From contig OZ241865.1 of assembly GCA_965203275.1 (NCBI GenBank), positions 340,581 to 404,580 of the forward strand: a DNA stretch of 64,000 nucleotides, written 5' to 3'. The notes beneath the pieces were generated by a model that saw only the letters and a list, made by a program, of their open reading frames with translations, had not been told where the DNA came from and made no database searches. The DNA is from Bdellovibrionales bacterium (lineage in GTDB: Bacteria > Bdellovibrionota > Bdellovibrionia > Bdellovibrionales > JAUICD01). The position numbers and the translations under genes were made by a program. The stretch's first letter is position 1. Every line of letters begins with the position of its first letter. This document shows positions 22,128 to 30,208 of the stretch, piece by piece.

Positions 22128-22550
22128 ATGGAAAAGAAATTAATAACAGTTTTGATTTTCACAGTGACTTTGCTGAATCAAAGTCTTACATGGGCTACCT
22201 GGGGCTATCTGGATAGATATCCAAATCATGGTTTTGAGCCTAAAGCCATTACAGATGTTAGCATTAAGGCAAACTGGACGTGTTGCGAAAGAACGCAGTT
22301 AATGTATCATAGCTCCGAAGGCAATACCAGTAAGGTAAAGGAATTGCTAGAGACCGGTGCCGATCCAAATGTTCAAGATGATAATGGCTGGACACCTTTA
22401 AATTATGCTACTTATAACGGACATATTGAAATTGTAAAGCTACTGCTAGATGCTGAAGTAGACATCAGGCCTCAAGACATAAGGTTATCTAGAGAGGGCG
22501 GGCATGAGGATATTGAAAATCTCTTATTAGATGCCATTGATACAGAATAA
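22128..22550 (+). CDS. small secreted ankyrin-repeat protein
   Basis: AGGAGG SD. Signal peptide MEKKLITVLIFTVTLLNQSLTWA. ANK units TQLMYHSSEGNTSKVKELLETGADPNVQDDNGWTPLNYATYNGHIEIVKLLLDAEVD. Confidence 0.8.
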   Translation: MEKKLITVLIFTVTLLNQSLTWATWGYLDRYPNHGFEPKAITDVSIKANWTCCERTQLMYHSSEGNTSKVKELLETGADPNVQDDNGWTPLNYATYNGHIEIVKLLLDAEVDIRPQDIRLSREGGHEDIENLLLDAIDTE

Positions 22551-22688
22551 GACCAAAGATTGGTAGGACTCCCACTTATAGTTTTTATTAAAATAGGTAT
22601 TAAGGCTTGACATTAAAACAAAATAGGTTATAGATAATTGCCAAACAGGGGAGGAAGCAGAAGGATAGTTAATTGATTTTAAAGATTC

Positions 22689-22757
22689 TTAAATGTTTTC
22701 ATAATGGATTTTATCACAGGCATACATTAAAGCGGTCTTACCTTTATTTTCAGTCAT
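22689..22757 (-). pseudogene. 22-codon ankyrin-repeat remnant
   Basis: GAGGAG SD plus ATG gives MTENKGKTALMYACDKIHYENI*. This is a single partial ANK consensus (GKTALMYA), probably a gene fragment. Confidence 0.3.
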
Positions 22758-23064
22758 AGTTCATCTCCTCTCTGTTTGTTAAAAAAATCATTTTAAACTT
22801 TGAAAGTGAGTTTATTTGAGTTTCATAATTTTTTTATGTTTTTTATTGTCTCTTTTAGAGACACTTAAATAAAAACGTCTATCTTTTCTCTAAAGTTTAT
22901 GCTACGAAATCCCGACTAAATAGACGTGCATGCTCTAAAGGCTAAATCACTATCGAAACCAATTTATATTCATGAATAAAAAATAAACATAAATAATAAA
23001 AAAACATGGATAATAAAAGAGAGAGGAAAACACTTTATGAATTGATCCATCAGTAGATATTAAT

Positions 23065-23289
23065 TTGATCTTGGATTTTTTTGTAAAACATCCTATATTT
23101 TCCCTTATTATATTATTTATTGCAGGGATGATATGGTTCTGTTTTTGGACTTTATATCGACAGCTATCTAACCATTTATCTACACAAATCAAAGAGATTA
23201 AGGAAGATATTAAAGAAGTGAAACAAGAGGTTAAAGAAAAGATTAACGAGGTTAAGGAAGATATAAGAAGGTTCAAGATGATAATGTAA
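23065..23289 (+). CDS. small TM plus coiled-coil protein, possibly frameshifted
   Basis: TTG start, TM segment IFSLIILFIAGMIWFCFWTL, then EIKEDIKEVKQEVKEKINEVKEDI. A similar Lys/Glu-rich reading frame continues in another frame to 23411. Confidence 0.35.
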   Translation: MILDFFVKHPIFSLIILFIAGMIWFCFWTLYRQLSNHLSTQIKEIKEDIKEVKQEVKEKINEVKEDIRRFKMIM

Positions 23290-23499
23290 AAATAAAAGAA
23301 GATAATGTAAAAATAATAGAAACCATAAATATATTGGGTAAAAACGTTGAGAAGTTAATGACAATCCAAGAAAAGACAGTATCTTTGCTTAAAAAAAATA
23401 ATATACTATAATTAATTTCTACTGTTGTAGATGCTTCGCCTACTACTTCTTTGGTTTTTGCTATTCTGTATATAGAATTTCTACTTCCGCAGACTCCGC

Positions 23500-24857
23500 T
23501 TGCTCCTTAAAAACATTTTAGAAGTATATCTTGTTTCTTTAACATGGTATTTATCCGGGATCCCGGGATCTGGGATCCGGCAGTCAGGCAAGGATAAAAC
23601 GAACGCTTTCTTTCCTTAACATTTCACTCAAAATGAGCCACACCGCTGGTGTGTTTTTTGGTGTTGCCTGCAAAGGCTTTCGCCTTTGACAAAATAGGCA
23701 ACACCTAAAAAATCCGCTCATTTTGAGTAGAGAAGGATCCTTTTATTCTTTTACACCATGTTAAGGAAATTTTTCTTTTATTGTCTTTACAATGAAGGAA
23801 CTTTTTCCTTAATATTTCACTCAAAATGAGCCACACCGCTGGTGTGTTTTTTGGTGTTGCCTGCAAAGGCTTTCGCCTTTGACAAAATAGGCAACACCTA
23901 AAAAATCCGCTCATTTTGAGTAGAGGAGGATCCTTTTATTTTTTTACACCATGTTAAGGAAATTTTTCTTTTATTGTCTTTACAATGAAGGAACTTTTTC
24001 CTTAACATTTCACTCAAAATGAGCCACACCGCTGGTGTGTTTTTTGGTGTTGCCTGCAAAGGCTTTCGCCTTTGACAAAATAGGCAACACCTAAAAAATC
24101 TGCTCATTTTGAGTAGAGAAGGATCCTTTTATTCTTTTACACCATGTTAAGGAAATTTTTCTTTTATTGTCTTTACAATGAAGGAACTTTTTCCTTAACA
24201 TGGAGTTAAGGGACGAAGGGATCCTCCCTACTAAAAGTAAACGGACTTTTGAGGTAGCCAGCCTTTGATCGACGGCGGTAGCCGTCGGGCTGGCTACCCA
24301 AAAGTGACCAGAGGTCAGTTTACTTTTAGTGCAAAATAGAAGGTCCAAAAAGTAAGAATGATATATACAAAGAAATTGAAGTAAAAACAAATTTTAGTAG
24401 TGAGCGTCTAGCCGATCGCCTCAAAATTGACCTTTCGTTTCTCTGAAAAGGGCTTGACCTGGTGGATATATGAAATTAGAAATAGAATATTCAAGGAAAG
24501 GAAATTTTTCCTTAACATTTCACTCAAAATGAGCCACACCGCTGGTGTGTTTTTTGGTGTTGCCTGCAAAGGCTTTCGCCTTTGACAAAATAGGCAACAC
24601 CTAAAAAATCCGCTCATTTTGAGTAGAGGAGGATCCTTTTATTCTTTTACACCATGTTAAGGAAATTTTTCTTTTATTGTCTTAAGAGCAAGCTCAATGC
24701 AATGAAGGAACTTTTTCCTTAACATGGAGTAAAAAAATGAGGAGATCCTCCCTACTAAAAGTAAACGGACTTTTGAGGTAGCCAGCCTTTGATCGACGGC
24801 GGTAGCCGTCGGGCTGGCTACCCAAAAGTGACCAGAGGTCAGTTTACTTTTAGTGCA
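23500..24857. repeat. intergenic palindromic-repeat mosaic (block F) containing a 193-bp composite unit in tandem
   Basis: Track ORFs 23705-23914, 23898-24107 and 24091-24390 are offset by exactly 193 nt and nearly identical. A further copy lies at about 24500-24700. GC islet at 23555-23590. Confidence 0.9.
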
Positions 24858-24876
24858 AAATAGATAGAAGGTCCAA

Positions 24877-25461
24877 ATGTCGTTTGTAAATTATAATGCA
24901 AAAGAAATTCATTGTAAGATTGTCTACTATGGTCCGTCTTTAGGGGGCAAGACCACCAATGTGCAGTGGATTTTCCAAAAGACCACACAAGATCCTAAAT
25001 CTAAATTAATGAGTTTAAATATAGAAAATGAAAGAACAGTTTTTTTTGATTTCTTACCTTTATCACTTGGTGATATTCGGGGTTTTAAAACACGCTTTCA
25101 TCTTTATTCTGTTCCTGGGCAAATGGTGTATGATGCTAGTCGAAAGCTTATTTTAAAGGGGCTGGATGGTGTTATCTTTGTAGCTGATAGTCAAATAGAG
25201 AGGATGGAAGAAAACTTACAATCTCTTGAAAATCTTAAAACCAATTTAGAACAACAAGGTTATAATATTCATCAAATTCCCTTAATTTTTCAATACAATA
25301 AAAGAGATTTACCTAATATTATGCTTGTCAATGAGTTGCGATCGCAACTGAATAAATACAATGCTCCTGATTTTGAAGCCAGTGCAGTGCAAGGGGTTGG
25401 AGTTTTTGAATCTCTTAAACCTCTTTCTAAAAAAATCATTAATATTTTAAAGGGTGGGTAG
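24877..25461 (+). CDS. mglA: Ras-like GTPase MglA
   Basis: Collinear with my recollection of Myxococcus MglA: MSF.NY...EI.CKIVYYGP.L.GKTTN, FFDFLPLSLG.IRGFKTRFHLY.VPGQ, SRKLILKG.DGV.FVADSQIERMEEN, QYNKRDLPN. Confidence 0.9.
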   Translation: MSFVNYNAKEIHCKIVYYGPSLGGKTTNVQWIFQKTTQDPKSKLMSLNIENERTVFFDFLPLSLGDIRGFKTRFHLYSVPGQMVYDASRKLILKGLDGVIFVADSQIERMEENLQSLENLKTNLEQQGYNIHQIPLIFQYNKRDLPNIMLVNELRSQLNKYNAPDFEASAVQGVGVFESLKPLSKKIINILKGG

Positions 25462-25477
25462 TTTTGTCTCACTTGAT

Positions 25478-27148
25478 CTAGGTATTTTTATATTGAGGTC
25501 CTCCGCCTCCTTCTGGAGGAGTCCATGAAATATTATCAAAGGGACACTTAATATCGCAGGTTTTACAGTGAATGCAATTGGTATAGTTGATTTGAAGTCT
25601 TTTTTGATTTGTTTTTTGTCCTGAATTATTTTCTTGAGGGACCATTTCATAGACATGGGCAGGGCAGAAAAAATGACAAGGGGAGCCAAATTTTTCATAA
25701 CAGGTCTGGCTACAAATATTTGTATCTTGAACAAGTAAATGATTGGGTGAATCTTCTTCGTGTTGAGTACCGGTTAAATAGACACTAGAGAGTTTATCAA
25801 AAAAAAGCTTTCCATCTGGGGGTGGTAACTGATTGTCTGGATGTTTCTCTCTATCGGACCCCCATATATCTAAAATAGGTGCTGTCGTTTGAAAATCTTT
25901 TGGAATAACATGCTTTACCATAGAACGACCTTTCATCAATGTTTGCATGGCTAATAGAGGGGCTGATACAAAGAGACCTTGACTGAGGGTGTGATGAAAG
26001 TTACGCACTTTATAAAGTTCTTTTTGAATATAACTGCTGGCAACCTTTGCTTGGTAAGATTTTAATGTTTGTTGAGAAAAGTCATTTTGAACAAGAGCAT
26101 CACAGGCTACTTCTGCTGCTAACATACCTGATTTCATAGCCAGATGAATACCTTTAAGTTTTTGATCGTCTACCATTCCAGCCGTATCTCCAACGACCAT
26201 CATGCTGTCATGGTAAAGTTGAGGCATAGAATGCCATCCTCCAGCGGGGATGACTCTTCCTCCATACTCGATGACTTCTCCTCCTTGGATCATTTTATAA
26301 ATAAAGGGATGCTTTTTAAATTTTTGAAGTTCTCTATGAGGATCAAACAAAGGGTCTTGTGTTGACAAGTATCCTACGAGGCCAATAATGATGCGATCTT
26401 CTTTCAATGTATAGATAAACGTGCCACCCATAGACTCTTTGAGTGGGTATCCAAGTGTATGAATGACTTGACCGGGGGGTGTAGTGCCTTGAGGCATTTG
26501 GATTATTTCCTTAACTCCTTCAGAATAGGTGTCAGGAGCTTTGTTTTTTCTGAGATGAAGTTGTGTTGCTACTTTTTTAAAAAGGGAACCTCTAGGACCT
26601 TCTGCAAAGATAGTTATTTTAGCTTTTAGGTCCATACCCATTTCAAAGTTAGATTTTTTAAGCCCTTTTTTATCCCGCCCTTTATCGCCAGTTCTGACAC
26701 CTACGATTCGGTTGTTTTCATAAAGGGCTTGAGTGGCAGCAAAGCCAGGTAAAACATCAATGCCTAAGTTTTCTGCCTTTTGAGCTAACCATTGATTGAG
26801 TAAAGAAAGAGAGATAATAAAATAGCCTTTGTTATTGAGTGGAGGAGGTATGAAAGGAAATTTTATTTTACAGTGATCTGTTAAATAATAGATGGCTTCT
26901 TTTTTTACGGGTGTGGCTAGGCAAGCTGATAGAGCTTCAGAGATTTCTTGAGGTTCAAGGAGTTCTTTTAAGGCTATGGTATTGAGTATAGCTCCTGAAA
27001 GGCTATGGTTACCTATTTGACAGCCTTTTTCTAAAACCAAAATAGAAGGCTGATCTATGTGCTTATTGCGTTTAATTAATTGTTGAAGGTGAATGGCTGT
27101 TGATAAACCAGCAACCCCTCCACCTATAATAAGAATGTCAACTTCCAT
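25478..27148 (-). CDS. electron-transfer flavoprotein:ubiquinone oxidoreductase (ETF-QO)
   Basis: N-terminal FAD fold DILIIGGGVAGLSTA. C-terminal 4Fe-4S region CPAHVYE....NCIHCKTCDIKCP..NI.W..PEGGGGP. Confidence 0.93.
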   Translation of the reverse strand: MEVDILIIGGGVAGLSTAIHLQQLIKRNKHIDQPSILVLEKGCQIGNHSLSGAILNTIALKELLEPQEISEALSACLATPVKKEAIYYLTDHCKIKFPFIPPPLNNKGYFIISLSLLNQWLAQKAENLGIDVLPGFAATQALYENNRIVGVRTGDKGRDKKGLKKSNFEMGMDLKAKITIFAEGPRGSLFKKVATQLHLRKNKAPDTYSEGVKEIIQMPQGTTPPGQVIHTLGYPLKESMGGTFIYTLKEDRIIIGLVGYLSTQDPLFDPHRELQKFKKHPFIYKMIQGGEVIEYGGRVIPAGGWHSMPQLYHDSMMVVGDTAGMVDDQKLKGIHLAMKSGMLAAEVACDALVQNDFSQQTLKSYQAKVASSYIQKELYKVRNFHHTLSQGLFVSAPLLAMQTLMKGRSMVKHVIPKDFQTTAPILDIWGSDREKHPDNQLPPPDGKLFFDKLSSVYLTGTQHEEDSPNHLLVQDTNICSQTCYEKFGSPCHFFCPAHVYEMVPQENNSGQKTNQKRLQINYTNCIHCKTCDIKCPFDNISWTPPEGGGGPQYKNT

Positions 27149-27153
27149 AATAT

Positions 27154-28344
27154 TTAGCTTAGATTGTTTAGTTTTTTCTGTATTTCTCGTATTTTGTTCT
27201 CTGTGGACTCTGTGATTTTTGCAATGGTTGAAATATCCATGTTATTTTTAAGCATTTTTAAGATAATATCTTGCCTACCTTCTTGCCTACCTTCTTGCCT
27301 ACCTTCTTGCCTACCTTCTTGCCTACCTTTCTCTCGGCCAATCTGAATGCCTTTCTCTTGGCCAATCTGAATGCCTTCTTCTCGGCCAATCTGAATGCCT
27401 TTTTTCATAGTTCCTTCTATGGTAAAATCAAATGCTTCCATAATATTTTCTCCTCCTAATTGTTGGGTCACTTCTTTTGAAGCTGATTGAACAACTTCTT
27501 TACTTAACTGATTATTGTACTGATAAAAATAAGTCATCGCTTTAGTGATGAGTTCTATTATATACTTTTTATCGGTACTTTGCGACACTTTTTTCACAAA
27601 TGAAAAAAATTTTATGAAAAAATCATGCTGTTCCTTTGTACTTTTTCTACTATCTAAAGACCAAATACCCTGAAATAAATGCAAAATAGGGCTGATCATT
27701 GAACCTTTTGCCTTCGCTTCTATATCATAAACCGATAGATCAAATGGTACATAAGAAAAATTCATAAGGTAAGGAGCAATAAGACTGCGAGAATGATCAG
27801 GAAAATAACCTTGAGATTCTAAGTAATCATGGAAAGAAATAGGCACTGTCCATTTTTTCATCCCGTGATAAAAAACAATAGGAATTACTGGATAACCATA
27901 TTTTTCATAGACTGTAGCCTGATATTTTAACAATTGTTTTAAGACATTATGGTCTGGCCAGCTTTTGTGTTCTAAGAGAAAGATAAATTTGACTGTTTTT
28001 TGAGAGTTTTTAAGGGTCAATGAAATAAGAAGATCTATTTGCATTTCTATACCTGCTATTAAAACATTCTTTTCTATTTTGAGCGAATCAAGGTTAAAAA
28101 GATTTAGAAATGCCTGAGAAAAAACAAGTTTTAGAAAAGCTAATATGTTCTCTACATTATCAAAAAATCTCTTGAAAGACAAGTCATGGACATGAGCTTG
28201 AGAAATAGCTTGTTGCCTTTCTTTTTGAGCTTGATTCTTAAGATGATTTTGTTTCACTTGATTCATTTTGCATAGAATAAACATATCTTGATGGAATGTC
28301 AAATACGTTTGTTTCATTGTTTCACTAAAAGTGGGCTGTTTCAC
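27154..28344 (-). CDS. Rpn/YhgA-like PD-(D/E)XK nuclease ('putative transposase') with C-terminal tandem peptide repeats
   Basis: HDLSFKRFF...IDLLISL....FIFLLEHKSWPDHNVLKQLLKYQATVYEKYGYPVIPIVFYHG fits the Rpn/Transposase_31 core. C-terminus has GIQIGREE/GIQIGQEK/GIQIGREK then (EGRQ)x5. The first 9-26 codons overlap an intergenic repeat, so the true start may be the Met at 28317 or 28266. Confidence 0.75.
   Translation of the reverse strand: MKQPTFSETMKQTYLTFHQDMFILCKMNQVKQNHLKNQAQKERQQAISQAHVHDLSFKRFFDNVENILAFLKLVFSQAFLNLFNLDSLKIEKNVLIAGIEMQIDLLISLTLKNSQKTVKFIFLLEHKSWPDHNVLKQLLKYQATVYEKYGYPVIPIVFYHGMKKWTVPISFHDYLESQGYFPDHSRSLIAPYLMNFSYVPFDLSVYDIEAKAKGSMISPILHLFQGIWSLDSRKSTKEQHDFFIKFFSFVKKVSQSTDKKYIIELITKAMTYFYQYNNQLSKEVVQSASKEVTQQLGGENIMEAFDFTIEGTMKKGIQIGREEGIQIGQEKGIQIGREKGRQEGRQEGRQEGRQEGRQDIILKMLKNNMDISTIAKITESTENKIREIQKKLNNLS
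27270..27401. repeat. in-frame coding tandem repeats: 12 nt x5 (27270-27329), then 24 nt x3 (27330-27401)
   Basis: CTTGCCTACCTT x5 encodes (EGRQ)5 on the minus strand. TCTCTCGGCCAATCTGAATGCCTT-like x3 encodes the GIQIGREx units. Confidence 0.95.
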
Positions 28345-29130
28345 TAAAAGTGGTCTAGCCTCTGGCTACTTTTGGGCAATGACCGCAAAGGCTTTCGCCT
28401 TTGACAAAATGGTCATTGCCTCATTTGATTTGCACTAAAAGTAAACTAGCCTCTGGCTACTTTTGGACATTGCTCTGACAGCTATCGCTGTCCAAAAAGA
28501 GCAATGTCTCAAAAGTCCGTTTACTTTTAGTAGGGAAAGATCCTCTTGTCTCTTAACATGATGTTAAGGAAAAAGTTCCTTCATTGTAACCCGCTTGCTC
28601 TTAAGACAATAAAAGAAAAATTTCCTTAACATGGTGTAAAGGAATAAAAAGATCCTTTTCTACTCAAAATAAATGGATTTTCTAGGTAGTTAGCCTTTGA
28701 TCGACGGCGACAGCCGTCGGGCTAACTGCCAGAAAACATGCCAGAGGCATGATTTATTTTGAGTGAAATGTTAAGGAAAAAGTCGTCCTCTTTCTACCGC
28801 CCACACACGGGCGAGGTTGGCTCACTAAAAGTGGTCTAGCCTCTGGCTACTTTTGGGCAATGACCGCAAAGGCTTTCGCCTTTGACAAAATGGTCATTGC
28901 CTCAAAAGCCTGACCACTTTTAGTAATGAGGATCCTCTCGTCTCTTAACCACATGTTAAGGAAAAATTTCCTTAACATGGTGTCAGAAGCAAGGAGATCC
29001 GCTCTACTCAAAATGAGCAGATTTTTGAGGCATTGCTCTTTTGGGACAGCGTGAGCTGTCAGAGCAATGCCCAAAAACACACCAGAGGTGTGGCTCATTT
29101 TGAGTGAAATGTTAAGGAAAAAGTCGTCCT
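28321..29130. repeat. intergenic palindromic-repeat mosaic (block G), abutting the distal end of the CRISPR array
   Basis: Same module family as the other blocks. Contains the orphan CRISPR repeat at 28790-28813. Confidence 0.9.
28790..28813 (-). CRISPR. orphan truncated CRISPR repeat (24 of 28 nt)
   Basis: CTTTCTACCGCCCACACACGGGCG followed by AGGTTGG instead of TAAC. The 29 nt to its left (GAGTGAAATGTTAAGGAAAAAGTCGTCCT, 28761-28789) are duplicated at 29102-29130 beside the first full repeat. Confidence 0.8.
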
Positions 29131-29881
29131 CTTTCTACCGCCCACACACGGGCGTAACATAATGAGGCTCTAACTAAAACCCTTAAAGTTCTTTCTACCG
29201 CCCACACACGGGCGTAACACGTTCCTAGTGAGACAATTAATGACGTTAAACTTTCTACCGCCCACACACGGGCGTAACAATTACCTCTCAGTGTAATATC
29301 CTCGTCCATTCTTTCTACCGCCCACACACGGGCGTAACAATTACCTCTCAGTGTAATATCCTCGTCCATTCTTTCTACCGCCCACACACGGGCGTAACAA
29401 TTACCTCTCAGTGTAATATCCTCGTCCATTCTTTCTACCGCCCACACACGGGCGTAACTTAAAGACGATGAGTTTAGGATTCAAGTGCTTGCTTTCTACC
29501 GCCCACACACGGGCGTAACTTAAAGACGATGAGTTTAGGATTCAAGTGCTTGCTTTCTACCGCCCACACACGGGCGTAACTTAAAGACGATGAGTTTAGG
29601 ATTCAAGTGCTTGCTTTCTACCGCCCACACACGGGCGTAACGAGGTACTCTAGTCATTGCTTCTTCTTTTACACTTTCTACCGCCCACACACGGGCGTAA
29701 CTCACACTCACTGCCAAAGTTGGCACACTTCTTCTTTCTACCGCCCACACACGGGCGTAACAAATTCTAAGAGAGTTTTGGAAAAAAGAAAAACTTTCTA
29801 CCGCCCACACACGGGCGTAACAAAAATCACATTGTAAGTGAAGATAGCCGGTTCTTTCTACCGCCCACACACGGGCGTAAC
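29131..29881 (-). CRISPR. CRISPR array: 13 identical 28-nt repeats and 12 spacers of 32-33 nt (8 unique)
   Basis: The plus-strand repeat CTTTCTACCGCCCACACACGGGCGTAAC starts at 29131, 29191, 29251, 29311, 29371, 29431, 29492, 29553, 29614, 29674, 29734, 29794 and 29854. In cas orientation it reads GTTACGCCCGTGTGTGGGCGGTAGAAAG: stem CGCCC/GGGCG, loop GTGTGT, 8-nt 3' tail. Confidence 0.97.
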
Positions 29882-29923
29882 ACTTCTATAAAAACATTTA
29901 ACAATAACAAATAGTTAAACATT
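29882..29923 (-). promoter_or_regulatory. putative CRISPR leader (AT-rich, 42 nt between the cas2 stop and the first repeat)
   Basis: Position and AT-richness only. The leader may extend into the 3' end of cas2. Confidence 0.45.
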
Positions 29924-30208
29924 TCAATTTATTTCTATTAAATGATTAAAAATACCTTCATCAGTTTGACGGCTCTTTAAATCACCAAAAACATAAGAGC
30001 GAAACCCTAAGTGATGAGTCCCATCAGACCATATAAACACCACTCTAAAATCTTCATTATTTTTTCTTAACTCTTTTAAAATATCTTCTCTAATACCATT
30101 TTTAGGCCAAACCCATACATCCATTGCAATTCTCCAGCAATATCTGCCAATGATCCCACGGGCTTTATGACTTTTTTCTTTTAAAGCATCATTAATAATA
30201 ACAATCAT
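29924..30208 (-). CDS. cas2: CRISPR-associated endoribonuclease Cas2 (I-E-like)
   Basis: 94 aa. MIVIINDALKEKSHKARGIIGRYCWRIAMDVWVW... parallels my recollection of E. coli Cas2 ([33 protein letters not shown]). ATGA overlap with the cas1 stop. Confidence 0.85.
   Translation of the reverse strand: MIVIINDALKEKSHKARGIIGRYCWRIAMDVWVWPKNGIREDILKELRKNNEDFRVVFIWSDGTHHLGFRSYVFGDLKSRQTDEGIFNHLIEIN

Noticed and set aside
22607-22634. Good sigma-70-like promoter TTGACA-N16-TATAGA followed by a GGAGGA at about 22650.
   Set aside because: No ORF follows on that strand (ATG TTT TCA TAA only). It could drive an sRNA antisense to the ANK remnant, but a single consensus-like match in AT-rich DNA is too weak to report.
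23705-24617. Four near-identical 69-99-aa ORFs (MSGFFRCCLFCQRRKPLQATPKNTPAVWL...), which could be read as a small gene family.
   Set aside because: They are offset by exactly the 193-bp repeat unit and run through palindromic modules, and both strands give ORFs. The same applies to 1472-1669 (partly), 5152-5442, 10223-10868, 17114-17302, 17833-18231, 28847-29098, 41091-42058, 50813-51142 and 53171-53408.
27164-27459. Two plus-strand ORFs (CLPS.. and LPTF.. repeats).
   Set aside because: They are antisense readings of the 12-nt and 24-nt tandem repeats inside the Rpn-like gene.
29112-29870. Track ORFs 29112-29447, 29535-29870 (minus) and 29607-29837 (plus) with repetitive peptides (..YARVWAVER..).
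   Set aside because: They are translations of the CRISPR repeat-spacer array. The periodic peptide simply follows the 60-61-nt repeat period.
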